Source: Acidobacteriota bacterium
GTDB taxonomy: Bacteria > Acidobacteriota > UBA890 > WLXD01
DNA length: 64,000 nucleotides
Direction: 5' to 3'
Assembly (NCBI GenBank): GCA_965248695.1
Contig: CBDFKD010000002.1
Location: 4,704,001 to 4,768,000, forward strand
Part shown: piece after piece, positions 1 through 10,007 of the stretch
Numbering within the stretch: the stretch's first letter is position 1
Layout of the letters: each line of letters opens with the position of its first letter
The notes under the pieces: model-generated
Database searches by the model: none
Told to the model about the DNA's origin: nothing
Seen by the model: only the letters and a program-made list of their open reading frames with translations
Program-made: the position numbers and the translations under genes

Positions 1-1096
1 GCAGCTCGGCCACCGACATCATCGTTTCGCCGCCGAAGCTCGGGTCATCGGTGTAGGGCTCCAGCAGGGCTCCGGACCGGTTCGCGTTGATGCCGTCCAT
101 GAACAGCTTCACCGTGCGGAACCGCAGCCGCTCGCCGCCGTACTCGCGCTGCAGTCGCCGCATCTCGTCGATCGCTAGAGCGCGGCGCTCGGGAACGAAC
201 ACCTGATACGTGCCTTCGTAGCGCAGTGGCAGCCTGCCTTCTCTTTCGAGACGCGCAAGCAGGCCGTAGACGTGGTCCTCGTAGCCGAAGTTACCCCCGT
301 CGTAGACCGTCGTAACGCCGTTCTCCGACAGCATCTGCAGAAACGCCACCACGCTGGCCTCATGTACCTCGGTGTCGACATCGAACTGCGACGCCAGGTG
401 CTGCCAGCCCGCACCTTCCTTGACCCAACCGGTGGGGACGCCATCAGCGTCGCGAGCGTAGGTGGCGAGCCCGGGTTGTGGGTCGGGCGTGCTGGCGTCG
501 ATCCCGAGCACCTCCAGCGCCTTGGAGTTCAGCCAGTAGCTGTGCCAGGAGCTGCTGGCAATCCACAGCGGCCGGTCGGCCACGATGCGGTCGAGGTCGC
601 GTCGATGCGGTCCGCTGGGCCCGTCGACGAACGCCGCGTTGGGCCAGCCGTACAGTCGGATCCATCCCTCGCCGGGGTGACTCTCGACATGCTCGCGTAC
701 CGCCTCGAGGAACTCCTCGCGGCTCGAGCCGGTGAGGAACGCGTCGTAGTCCTCGAGATCGATGTAGCCCGGATGCGTGTGGCCGTCGACCAGGCCGGGG
801 ATCACCAGACGGCCCGCCAGATCGACCGTGCGCGTGGTTTCCGACACGAAGGCCGCGGCGCCAGCGTCGTCACCGACGTAGATCAGCTCGCCGTCCTCGA
901 TCGCGATCGCCGTAGCCGACGGGTTGCCATCGTCCATTGTCACGATGCTGCCGCCGGTGAGCACCCAGTCGGCGCCGTCGGCGGATCCACCCCTCCCGTC
1001 GTCCGGGGCGTCGCAGCTCAGCGTCAACGCTGCCATTGTCAGCAGAGCGAACCGCAGGCTGCCCGGCCGGATCGCGCTGAGCGCTCGCGTGCACAC
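1..1096 (-). CDS. YtcJ-like amidohydrolase (amidohydrolase_3 family), probable lipoprotein; C-terminus runs off the left edge
   Basis: Not in the ORF track. Manual translation from GTG 1096 (GGAGGG upstream): MCTRALSAIRPGSLRFALLTMAALTLSC-DAP...VDLAGRLVIPGLVDGHTHP, and at the window edge in the same frame RTVKLFMDGINANRSGALLEPY. Shows the DxHxH metal motif and a lipobox; paralogous to 25774..27528. Confidence 0.88.
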   Translation of the reverse strand, partial: MCTRALSAIRPGSLRFALLTMAALTLSCDAPDDGRGGSADGADWVLTGGSIVTMDDGNPSATAIAIEDGELIYVGDDAGAAAFVSETTRTVDLAGRLVIPGLVDGHTHPGYIDLEDYDAFLTGSSREEFLEAVREHVESHPGEGWIRLYGWPNAAFVDGPSGPHRRDLDRIVADRPLWIASSSWHSYWLNSKALEVLGIDASTPDPQPGLATYARDADGVPTGWVKEGAGWQHLASQFDVDTEVHEASVVAFLQMLSENGVTTVYDGGNFGYEDHVYGLLARLEREGRLPLRYEGTYQVFVPERRALAIDEMRRLQREYGGERLRFRTVKLFMDGINANRSGALLEPYTDDPSFGGETMMSVAEL

Positions 1097-1387
1097 GGTC
1101 GTTGCCCTCCGGAGGCGGATGGCGGCGAGATTCGGTTTGTCAGCCGGTTCGCCCGCGCGTTCGAGGACAACGGCTTCATCGCGCTTCCTGCTCATCGGAC
1201 CCGGCTCCTGTACATGGCGTCTCGTCGCCCGCGTGGTGTCGACGCGATCCTATCGTCCCGGAGATCGGTAGACCCCTTCGGCCCCGCCGTACCCTCGATT
1301 CTCCTCTGGTCGCCGAAGGTCGCAGAGCGGGCACCGCGGGCGACGGGCCCGGCACCTGGCAGAGTGCCTGTCTCAGATCGCCGCGAT

Positions 1388-3772
1388 CTACTGCAGCCCG
1401 CTGACCTCGAACAGCGTGCTGAGCACGCGCGTGTAGTTGAAGGCGATAATCCCGCCGTCGGCCGTCATTGCGATCGTCGGGAACCCGGCAATGCCGGCAG
1501 GATCGCCGGGCATGAACTCGTTCCACAGTCGGCGCTCGCCGGTGCCGTGGTTCAGGCGGTAGATCCTGACCGGCAGGCCATCACGGTTGAAGACAAAGAT
1601 CTCCCGGTCGTCGTCCGTGAATCGGATGATGACCTCGTCAGGCCCGAGGCCCCGGACCGGAATCGTCTCCTCGCCTTCGAGCGAGTAGAGGGCCTTGAAG
1701 CGTTCAGGCAACGGAAAACCGAGGAGCCATTTGCCGTCGTTCGACAACGGCGTCTGGCCGATGTAGTGCTCGAGGTTGTCCGGACCGATGCCTACGACAT
1801 CTCCAGTTCCGTCCAGGTTCATCGCGAAGAATCGCCACGTGCCGCCTGCTTGCCGCCCGTTGAACACGAGCCGTCGGCCGTCCGGATGAAACCAGCCGAA
1901 AAACGACTGGATCCCGGGGTGGACCAGCTCGCGTGGCGTACCGACACCGACCGGAGTCAGCTCAAACCGGTCTCGTCGCCTCCCGGAGTTGAGCACAAGC
2001 TCCCCGTCGGGTGAGATCGCTCTGCTCTGGCCGCTACCGAGGCGCACGGCGGGAGACCCGTCCAGCTCGCGCACGTAGAACCCCCCAGCGTCATTCAGCA
2101 ACAGGGAGTTCGACCCGGGCGAGATGGCCACGGCAGCGGACTGGTCTAGCCATGACAAATCTATTGGTTCCGGTGCGTCGGGTGTGACCACGAGTATGCC
2201 GCCCTGAACTTGGTCACGACGAACCAACAGGCGGCCATCGGACGCGACATCTTCGAGCGTAACGGATCCTGCGGAGCGCCATTCCTCTTTTGGTACTCCG
2301 CCGGGCTTCCACGACGAGATGGTGGACTCGCCGGGTCCGCTGCGCCTGGAGAACCACAGTCGTTCGCCGGACGGCGCCCACGCGATCCCCGTGATTCGGT
2401 CTGTCTCCAGCACCGTCCGGCTACCGTCTAAGTCGAGCAGCACAATGCCCTCGCCTCGGTGAGAGTACGCTAGGGTCGTGCCGCTCGGTGACGCACGCAG
2501 GCGCCCGAAGATCTCCTGCGATTCGTCGACGATCGTGCCGACAGGAAAGTGCAGCCGGCTGCCGTTTCCGAGGAGTTCGATTGCCGCCAGGCCACCGGCG
2601 GCGAAGTCGGCGCTGCTGATTTTCTGCGCGATCTCGCGGGCCGTCCGAGCACCGGCGGGCAGCGTGGCCAAGGTGCCGACGAATTGCCCTTGGAACAGCT
2701 CGGGCGCGAGGCCGAGCGCCAGAGTGCCGTCGGACTCGGCAAACAGCATGGCGTTGTCCGGCCCGACCTGCTGTGCCTCCGGGCTGCTCTGATGGGTCTC
2801 GAACGGAGCGGGGGCGTTGCCTGCGAACCGAGCGGAGTACCCGACGCTGTCGCCGGCGGACGTGAAGCGTGAGGCGTCGATCGTGCCGCGTCGAACCGTG
2901 AGCTGCCGGATGGTCGGAAGGGTTGAACTCGATGTCTCGGGGCCAAACCAGCTCGTGATCGCCGCAGTCGCGCCGACAAGGACGAGCGCGGCGGCGGCCA
3001 GCGCCAATCTACCGGGCCGCGGCGATTCCGCTGGCGGCAGGGCGAGTTCGGATCCGGAGAGCTCAGGCGGATCCGTTTTTAACACCGCGTGCATGGTCTC
3101 GACGGTGGTGTCCGCCGCGAACGCCCGGTGGCCCGTGAGCAACTCATAGAGAACCGCGCCGAGCGAGAAGATGTCCGACCGGGCGTCGATTGGTTCGCCG
3201 CGTACCTGTTCCGGAGACATGTAGCCGGCCGTGCCGAGGACTCTGCCCGGTTCGGTGCCAGCCGCCACCGTAGCGGCGTCGGCGCCGCTCTGCTCGGTAG
3301 CTGTGAACCGCGCGAGGCCGAAGTCGAGGATCTTGATCCGGCCGTCGGTGGCGACGACCAAGTTCTCCGGCTTGATGTCCCGATGGACGATGCCCTTGGC
3401 ATGGGCAGCTGCGAGCCCCCGCGCGACGCCAACGGTCCACTCTAGGGCTTTGCGCGTCGTCGGCGGACGGGACTCGATCTCCTCTCGTAGTGTCGCGCCT
3501 TCGAGCAGCTCCATGACAACCTAGGTCACGTCGTCTTCCCGGCCGATGTCGTGCACCGCGACGATCCTGGGGTGATCGAGCGTTGCGGTGGCGCGGGCCT
3601 CGCGCTCGAATCGATCCAGGCGCTCGGGATCTGCTGCCACATCGGCCGGGAGAATCTTGATGGCCACGTCGCGGTCCAGCCGGTCGTCGTGTGCCCGATA
3701 CACCTCGCCCATCCCCCCAGCACCAAGTGGGGAGAGGATCTCGTAGTGGCCTAGTCGCGAGCCGGGTTCCAT
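1388..3772 (-). pseudogene. Membrane Hanks-type Ser/Thr kinase with TolB/PD40-like C-terminal propeller, interrupted by an in-frame TAG at 3521-3523 and apparently missing subdomain XI
   Basis: [70 protein letters not shown]. The track ORFs 3521..3880 and 1388..3514 are in the same frame. After ELALPPA the protein goes almost directly to the TM helix. Confidence 0.85.
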
Positions 3773-3793
3773 AGCGCTACCCAGGAGGGGGGA

Positions 3794-3815
3794 GGCGAGC
3801 GTTGGAAGCCTATCC
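3794..3815 (-). promoter_or_regulatory. Candidate -10/leader motif GGATAGGCTTCnnnCGCTCGCC upstream of kinase 1
   Basis: 19 of 22 positions identical to 17044..17065 upstream of kinase 2; contains TAGGCT (TAnnnT). Confidence 0.55.
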
Positions 3816-3911
3816 TCAGAGGTGTGGTGGGTCCATGAAGCGCACGCGGGGCGTGCCGCCGCTGGGTGCCTTGCGGCCAACGGTCATCTTCCGGTGGCGC
3901 AGCGATCTATT

Positions 3912-3930
3912 CCCGGTGCTCGCCACCGGG
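3912..3930. terminator. GC hairpin downstream of DUF5916 paralog 1, possible terminator
   Basis: CCCGGTG-ctcgc-CACCGGG, perfect 7-bp stem; no U-tract on the coding (-) strand. Confidence 0.3.
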
Positions 3931-3965
3931 GCTTTCTGCGTCTGGGGCTCCGGATGCTCCCAGCG

Positions 3966-6557
3966 CTAGCGCTGCATGGTGAAGGTGAACTTTGCCGTCA
4001 GCGTGCGGTCGTCCAGGCGGTCGAACAGGCCGCTGAACGCGGTCGACTGCCGGTACACGAGGTAGAAGTCGTCGCCGGTGCGATAGATGTAGCGCAGGCG
4101 CGCGAACGCCGATAGCTGGTCGGTGACGCTGCTGTGCTGCAGTAGCGAGTCGAACAGCAGGCGGTCCGAGAACGACAGGTTGGCGCGCAGCCGTACCAGG
4201 TGCGTGTCGAAGCTGCCCCCCGGTAGATCGATGTGGTTGAAGTTGTACTGCGGGCTCAGGGTGAAGGTGTCGCTGAAGCGGAAGCGGGGGCCCCCACCGA
4301 TGCCGAGGCGCGTGCCGTCGTAGAACTCGCCCAGGTTGAAGGCCAGGCTGCCGCTCACCGCGCGTCGCGGGGCAGTGCGCAGCGTGATCTCACCGTCGGT
4401 CCACGAGTAGTCGCCGATCGGAATGTTTACGTTCTCGTCGATGGGAAAATCGAAATCGAGGAGCTCGTAGTTGCGGTTGATTTGGAAACGGATCGTTTCC
4501 GAAGACTCGAGATCCAGCTGCGTGCTCAAGCTCTCCAGCCGGGAAACCAGTCGCCCGCTGGTGTCGGTGATGCGCTCGAACGAGGGGCTGAACGAAACTC
4601 GCCGCATCAGCGGCCAGCTCGGGCGGATCGACCAGCGTCCCTGCGCCTTCGTGCGAACGATGTCCCGCCGCAGAACGAAGCCGAGATCGGTGTCGAAGTC
4701 GTCAGCCACGTAGGTGACATCGCCGCCGAGCGCCCACTCTTCGGTGTCCCACGCGGCGCTGAGCTGTCCGACCCACGAGGTGCCGTCGACATCGCTGTCC
4801 TGGCCGCCGGCCACGAACCCGGTCAGGAACAGGTGGTCGAAAAGGATGAAGTCCAGGTCGACGCCGAGGACGCGATTGTACCGGCCGTCGGGCCCTTGGA
4901 CGTTGGTCGCCAGCGCGCCGACGCTGGATCGACCGAAAACGGGCTGTTTCCACCGGAAAGCGGCGTAATTCTGCCCGACGCCGAACTGCGAGTCGCCGGT
5001 CTGCACGTTTACGAAGCCGATGTTGCCGTTGCCGATGTTCCCCGTCAGCTTGCCGCCGAAGCGAATGGGGGCCGGTTGCCCCTCGGGCCCGAGACCGATG
5101 CGGCGCGAGAAGAACAATAGCGCCAACGGCGGCTGTCGCTGGAAGCCGAACCCCGCGCTCTCCCCCGATGCACGCCGTGGCAGGGTACCGAAGTTGAAGG
5201 TGTCGCCCCCCTCGAGAAAGAACTCGCGTTGCTCGGGGAAGAACAGCGAGAAGCGCGTCAGGTTGACCCGCTGGGCGTCGGCCTCGACCTGGGCGAAATC
5301 GGTGTTCACCGTCAGGTTGGCGGTGAGGCTCGGGGTCAGCTGTACCTGAAACCTCTCGATGCCGATTTCTCCCCTGCTCTCGGTGAGCGGATCAACACGT
5401 TGCTGGAAGGAGTCGTAGCCGCCGGTGACGAAAGGCTTGAGGCGGAACCGACCCGTGAGCCCCACGTTCTCCAGCCCGACGAGATGGCCGTACTGCGAGA
5501 CAGCCAGAAAGTTGTAGTCGCGGCTGGTGTTGTTCCAGTTGATGCGCTCCTGGTTATGGATCACCTCGCGCTCGTATTCGATCCCCCAAACGTTGCTTCC
5601 GGGCGTAAACCGGAGCGCCGCGAACGGGATGGCCATTTCGGCCTCCCAGCCGCGCTCGGTGATGCTCGCCGCCGCTTCCCAGTTCTCGTCCCAAGCCGTG
5701 TTGAGCTGGCTCTCGTCGCGGATGGTGTAGTCGAACTTGGCGCCGAGCGGGTTGATCTCGAAGCCGAGTTGGTTGCGATGGTCGTGGAACGTGTCGATGT
5801 AGACCGCCACCCAGTCATCCCCGGAATGGAATTCGTCCCGGCGCATCACCGAAGCGCCGATGTTCTGCGGCGTATCGTCGTAGTTGATCCACCCGAAGTA
5901 GAGGGTGTCCTCGTCGTACAGGACGTACACTTCGGTGCGCTTCGTCGGCGCCGCTCCGTTGTTGGGCTCTTTCTGCACGAAGTCGCTCACGACCTCGGCC
6001 AGCATCCATTGCGCGTCGTCGATCCGGCCATCGAGCACCGGGGGCGAGTCCGTCCATGTTGCGAAAGAGACTTTGCCGCCCAGTTCAGCTGCGGATACCG
6101 AACCCACCCCGGCGTTGGTTCGCGGAGCGGCGGCGGCGCTGGCGACGCCGGCAAGGGGCGTCGGCGTCGGAGCTTCGGTTGCTGGCAGCGTCGGGGCTTC
6201 GGTTGCTGGCAGCGTCGGAGCTTCGGTTGCCGGTAACGTCGTATGCTCTGCCGGGATGAGGGAAGGGGCAGCCTCGTCGGAGGGGCGGGGCACCGATTCG
6301 GCGGCGTTGGATCCATCCGGGCTCGAGCTCGGTGCATCGGACACCGGTTGCGGGGCCACCGGGCCGGTTTCGCCAGGTCGGACCATTCGTACCGGGATGT
6401 TGCGACCCGGCGCCGGCCGTACCGGCTCGCCTGGACGGACCATGCGGACGGGAATCGGGCGGCGCCGACGTTCTTGCTCGGCGCCTTCCTGTTCCGCAGC
6501 GCCGGCCGCGCTGGCAAGCATCACGCAGACGGCAGCGAGCGTCAGCGTCCTGCGCAT
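3966..6557 (-). CDS. CBM9-like/DUF5916 putative outer-membrane protein, paralog 1
   Basis: Signal peptide MRRTLTLAAVCVMLASAAGA, Pro/Ala-rich linker, PVLDGRIDD..WEAEMAIPF, NTDFAQVEAD..NLTRFSLFFPEQREFFLEG, amphipathic beta-rich C-terminal half. Confidence 0.85.
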   Translation of the reverse strand: MRRTLTLAAVCVMLASAAGAAEQEGAEQERRRRPIPVRMVRPGEPVRPAPGRNIPVRMVRPGETGPVAPQPVSDAPSSSPDGSNAAESVPRPSDEAAPSLIPAEHTTLPATEAPTLPATEAPTLPATEAPTPTPLAGVASAAAAPRTNAGVGSVSAAELGGKVSFATWTDSPPVLDGRIDDAQWMLAEVVSDFVQKEPNNGAAPTKRTEVYVLYDEDTLYFGWINYDDTPQNIGASVMRRDEFHSGDDWVAVYIDTFHDHRNQLGFEINPLGAKFDYTIRDESQLNTAWDENWEAAASITERGWEAEMAIPFAALRFTPGSNVWGIEYEREVIHNQERINWNNTSRDYNFLAVSQYGHLVGLENVGLTGRFRLKPFVTGGYDSFQQRVDPLTESRGEIGIERFQVQLTPSLTANLTVNTDFAQVEADAQRVNLTRFSLFFPEQREFFLEGGDTFNFGTLPRRASGESAGFGFQRQPPLALLFFSRRIGLGPEGQPAPIRFGGKLTGNIGNGNIGFVNVQTGDSQFGVGQNYAAFRWKQPVFGRSSVGALATNVQGPDGRYNRVLGVDLDFILFDHLFLTGFVAGGQDSDVDGTSWVGQLSAAWDTEEWALGGDVTYVADDFDTDLGFVLRRDIVRTKAQGRWSIRPSWPLMRRVSFSPSFERITDTSGRLVSRLESLSTQLDLESSETIRFQINRNYELLDFDFPIDENVNIPIGDYSWTDGEITLRTAPRRAVSGSLAFNLGEFYDGTRLGIGGGPRFRFSDTFTLSPQYNFNHIDLPGGSFDTHLVRLRANLSFSDRLLFDSLLQHSSVTDQLSAFARLRYIYRTGDDFYLVYRQSTAFSGLFDRLDDRTLTAKFTFTMQR
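6165..6236 (-). repeat. 3 x 24-bp in-frame tandem repeat encoding TLPATEAP
   Basis: Plus-strand unit cgtcggagcttcggttgctggcag at 6165, 6189 and 6213 with few synonymous changes. Confidence 0.92.
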
Positions 6558-6833
6558 GGCCGCGCCGACTCCCGGTCGCGTTTCGTGGGCTTCCGTAATT
6601 GCATGCACCTGCACATCGCTCGTTGATCGAGAAATCTCCCGCACGGTTCCCGATTGGTTTCATTCGGGCGCAACTCCCCCAAATCTAGCAGCGCAGAAGT
6701 TGTGACGCCGAGTAGCTGAGCTCGTTGCTATCCCGACAGGGGCCAATGGCGGACACAGCGCACAACACAGCCGAAAACCATGTACCGGATGTGTGAAGCG
6801 TCGAGCGAATCTGCGGCGGCGCGGGCCGGATGC

Positions 6834-8492
6834 CTACCCTCGAGCGATGGTGTACGTGTGGTAGGGCTGCAGGGTGTCGATCGCCTCGACCGATTCGCTG
6901 CTTCTCCAGGCGAACAAACGCACCGTCACCTCGCCGGGAGTCACGTCGAGCAGCGTGAACCCGTTCTTCTCGAACACCTCGCCGCGTGTTTCGTGCACCA
7001 GGCCGATGGCGGCGAGCGGGGGGGTGCCGCGGTAGTCGGATGGCCAGCCGTTCGCCGTGCCGAGCGTGCCGGTCAAGACCGCGTGGACGGGGTTGGCGGA
7101 GAGGTCCAGGTCGCCGCTGCGCTCGAGCGTCGCGTGACCGATCGCGTGCAGATCGCCAGAGAGCACGATCCCGGGGCGCCGCGGCTGCGAGGTGAGGCTC
7201 TCGAGCACGCGCTGATGCTGCTTCCACCAGCCGGCCTGCCAGAGGAACTTGTCGCGGTCGGTTGTCAAGCCGTAGCGCTCGCCCCCAGGCGTGCTGTCGA
7301 TGGGTGACACCGTCGGACGCGAGGGGTCGCCTATATCGGCAACGTCCGGATACCACTCACGCCACTTGCCGGCCGACCAGCCGAACGGATGCGAGGGCAC
7401 GTGAAGGAGCTGCGCCACGCTCTGGTCACGGGTGCGATCGTGGAGCCAGCGCTCGGCCTCGGGCGGCACCAGTCCAGCATGGTCGCCCTTCAACGACAGG
7501 AAGCGGGCACAGTCGTAGATCAACGCCTCGACCAACCGCCCGTAGCGCAGCGTGCCGAAGGCCTCGGAGATGCCGGGCGCGCGGTCACCGGCCCCGGTTC
7601 CCGACACGGCTAGCGGGCGGTTGCCATCGGGAAGGAACTCCGGAAGGTAGGCGTGCCGCGTGAAGCGGGCGAACTCGAGTTGGTACCGATCGGGCGGGAA
7701 CGTGACCATTCGCGGATCGGCGTCGTCGTTCTCGAAGTAGTCGTGGTCGTCGCTGACGAAGTACGACGGCGTGGAGCGCAACAGCACGCCGTACAGCTGG
7801 GCGATTTGCGGGCTCACCGCCGCCTTCAGGGAGACTTCGTTCTGCGTGCCGAGCACCGGAAGGGTCCGATCCAGCCATCCGACCTGCTCGTGGAACCGCC
7901 GCACCCTACGGCCGTACTCCTCGCCCCGGTTCTCGAGCTCGGTGCGCAGATCCCAGTAGATGTGGTCGCCGATGGCGATGACCGCTCGGGGCTGGAACGA
8001 CAACGCGCGGCGCAGCAATCGGCGTCGCACTTCGATGGGCAGAAACCAGTCGGCGTCGTCCGGGTGGCCCCCGGCACATGTATATGCCAGCAGTCGGACC
8101 GAACGCGGCTCGGCTTGCGGGGCGGGGAACGTACGCAGCGGCCAGGGCTCGCAGAGCGCGTCACCGCCGTTGTCGGCCAGCTGCAGTGTGTACTCGGCGT
8201 CGGGCTCGAGACCGCCGATGTCGAACTTGAAGAAGCGCCCCTGTGTGTCAGTTCGGATGCCGGCGACCTGCCGATCGCCCACCCGCAGGACGGGCGCGAC
8301 GTCGAGCGTGTCGGTGAAGGAGCATTTGATCGCCATCCGATCGTGGCTGGCGGCCGGAAGCAGGTGCTCCAGGGAGCCCGACCACCAGTCTTCCTCAGCC
8401 CGGGCCGGCGTTCGGGGCGCTGTAGCGATCCCGGAGGCAATCGCGGCCGTGGCGATGAAGCGCCGTCGGCTCCACACCGAGTTTCGCGTCAT
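6834..8492 (-). CDS. Tat-exported PhoD-like metallophosphatase
   Basis: SRRRFI Tat motif; GDHIYWD, SDDHDYFEND and SGDLH metallophosphoesterase motifs; N-terminal FN3-like segment (GGLEPDAEY). Confidence 0.8.
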   Translation of the reverse strand: MTRNSVWSRRRFIATAAIASGIATAPRTPARAEEDWWSGSLEHLLPAASHDRMAIKCSFTDTLDVAPVLRVGDRQVAGIRTDTQGRFFKFDIGGLEPDAEYTLQLADNGGDALCEPWPLRTFPAPQAEPRSVRLLAYTCAGGHPDDADWFLPIEVRRRLLRRALSFQPRAVIAIGDHIYWDLRTELENRGEEYGRRVRRFHEQVGWLDRTLPVLGTQNEVSLKAAVSPQIAQLYGVLLRSTPSYFVSDDHDYFENDDADPRMVTFPPDRYQLEFARFTRHAYLPEFLPDGNRPLAVSGTGAGDRAPGISEAFGTLRYGRLVEALIYDCARFLSLKGDHAGLVPPEAERWLHDRTRDQSVAQLLHVPSHPFGWSAGKWREWYPDVADIGDPSRPTVSPIDSTPGGERYGLTTDRDKFLWQAGWWKQHQRVLESLTSQPRRPGIVLSGDLHAIGHATLERSGDLDLSANPVHAVLTGTLGTANGWPSDYRGTPPLAAIGLVHETRGEVFEKNGFTLLDVTPGEVTVRLFAWRSSESVEAIDTLQPYHTYTIARG

Positions 8493-8608
8493 CCGATTGG
8501 CTCCGTTCGATGAGCGTAGGGTCAGTCTCTTCGCCGTCCCCAGGTCCCTGCTGGACTGTACTCGCTACCCTGGCCGGCCCGGAACCGCGACCCGACGGCA
8601 GGTGACGA

Positions 8609-9247
8609 TCAGGAGGAAGCCCGCTGCAACCGCAGTCCGGAGCGCGCGAAAGGAAGCACGCCGGCCGCCAGGCCAACCGTGAACATCCCCGCCGGGAAGC
8701 TCTCTGGAGCAATTCCCTCCGCGACGGTGCGCCAGTTCCAACAGAAGGCGACAACGATCGTCAACGCTCCGGCACAGGCGACGGCCCACTCGGCGCGCGT
8801 CAGCCGCACAGTGTTTCCTAGCGCGCTGATGCGCTCGTGCACTCCGAACCCGGCAATGAGGAATATCGATACCAGCGCCGGGTAGATGACCGGCCCGAGC
8901 CACGGCACCGGGATCAAGAACAGCACGTCCCAGGTGAACAGCGACGGCGGCCAGCCGAGAAGGAGCCATAGGCCAACGTAGTAAACGATGTCCCAGACGC
9001 CGAACAGGAAGGCAAAGACGAAGAAACGATCCATGCGGTCGCGGCCGCCGACCATGGCGACGGCGAGCAGCATCAGCATGGTCGTGAGCTCGCGCAACAA
9101 CTCAACCGTCATGATGTTGTCCGGAATAAGGACGATCGGGAAGCGGAACCCGTCGGGGTAGTACAGCTCGCGCAGATAGACGACCACTGCGGCCTCGAGG
9201 AGGCCGAAGGCGCTCCCGAACAGTGTCAGCCATGCGGTGCGTCGCAT
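8609..9247 (-). CDS. Hypothetical integral membrane protein
   Basis: Several hydrophobic helices (FGLLEAAVVVYLR, FGVWDIVYYVGLW, WDVLFLIPVPWLGPV); alternative GTG start at 9259. Confidence 0.78.
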   Translation of the reverse strand: MRRTAWLTLFGSAFGLLEAAVVVYLRELYYPDGFRFPIVLIPDNIMTVELLRELTTMLMLLAVAMVGGRDRMDRFFVFAFLFGVWDIVYYVGLWLLLGWPPSLFTWDVLFLIPVPWLGPVIYPALVSIFLIAGFGVHERISALGNTVRLTRAEWAVACAGALTIVVAFCWNWRTVAEGIAPESFPAGMFTVGLAAGVLPFARSGLRLQRASS

Positions 9248-9282
9248 CGGGGGACTCACACTCGACGTCGCTGCACGGTGCT

Positions 9283-9804
9283 CTACCTCGCCACGTCGAA
9301 CTCAGGACGATAGTGCGCCACTCCTCGAAGCTGCTTGGCGCAGTTAACGTCTATGGGCAGGATCATGAAGGCGTCTTGGGGAACACCCTCCCACTGGGAG
9401 CGCACACCGTACTCGTGCGCGCGCACGAAGCCGAAGCGCGGATAGTAACGCTGGTGGCCCAGTACAACTACAAATGGCCATCCCGCGGTTCGTACCTCTG
9501 CAAGGCCGTGCTCTACGAGCTGAGTTCCGATTCCTTGATTCTGATGCACCGGCAGAACGGACATGGGGCCGAGTCCTAGACCGTCAGTAGCCCCGTGTCG
9601 GTGTTGGATCGACACTGGAGAGAACAGGATATGCCCAGCTACTTCGCCCGCAGCTATCGCCACGAACGACATCACGTTCGGCGCCGCTTGTCGAAGAGCG
9701 TCGACGATGTCCGCCTCCTCCCACTGGCCGAAGGCGAGCTGGTTGACGGTCCGAATCGCGAGGAAGTCCTCTTCTCGTTCGCGGCGAATGTTGACCATGG
9801 GCAT
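9283..9804 (-). CDS. GNAT N-acetyltransferase (YhbS-like)
   Basis: GHILFS, LGPMSVLPVHQNQGIG (acetyl-CoA motif A), VVLGHQRYYPRFGF; start may be 9798. Confidence 0.9.
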   Translation of the reverse strand: MPMVNIRREREEDFLAIRTVNQLAFGQWEEADIVDALRQAAPNVMSFVAIAAGEVAGHILFSPVSIQHRHGATDGLGLGPMSVLPVHQNQGIGTQLVEHGLAEVRTAGWPFVVVLGHQRYYPRFGFVRAHEYGVRSQWEGVPQDAFMILPIDVNCAKQLRGVAHYRPEFDVAR

Positions 9805-9818
9805 CTGGTGCTGCAAGG

Positions 9819-9876
9819 GTCGAACAGCGGGCTGAAGCTGGATTTGGCAGATGGCAGCTGTCCGATCGCGTTCTTA
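9819..9876. mobile_element. Degenerate attC-like imperfect palindrome
   Basis: GTCGAAC agcgg gctgaAGCTG...CAGCT gtccgatcgc GTTC: outer GAAC/GTTC and inner AGCTG/CAGCT pairs, directly upstream of the GNAT gene. Core sites deviate from RYYYAAC/GTTRRRY. Confidence 0.25.
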
Positions 9877-10007
9877 GTTTGGTGGGTCGGCTAATCCAAA
9901 ACGACCGAAACCCATGGTAGGTTCAAGCGTCACGCGCGGAGCGTGGTTCAGCGCGTAGGGTACCGGCAAGCGCGGGGAGCCTGGACAACCAATCGCAGGA
10001 GTCGAGG

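Noticed and set aside
272-2014. 580-aa plus-strand ORF
   Set aside because: Antisense shadow of the amidohydrolase and kinase genes; no motifs; long open antisense frames are expected in GC-rich coding DNA.
3521-3523. Pyrrolysine or genome-wide amber recoding
   Set aside because: TAG is the normal stop for many genes here, no pyl genes are visible, and the same gene has a second lesion.
6165-6236. CRISPR array
   Set aside because: Units are directly adjacent with no spacers, are in frame within a gene, and no cas genes are present.
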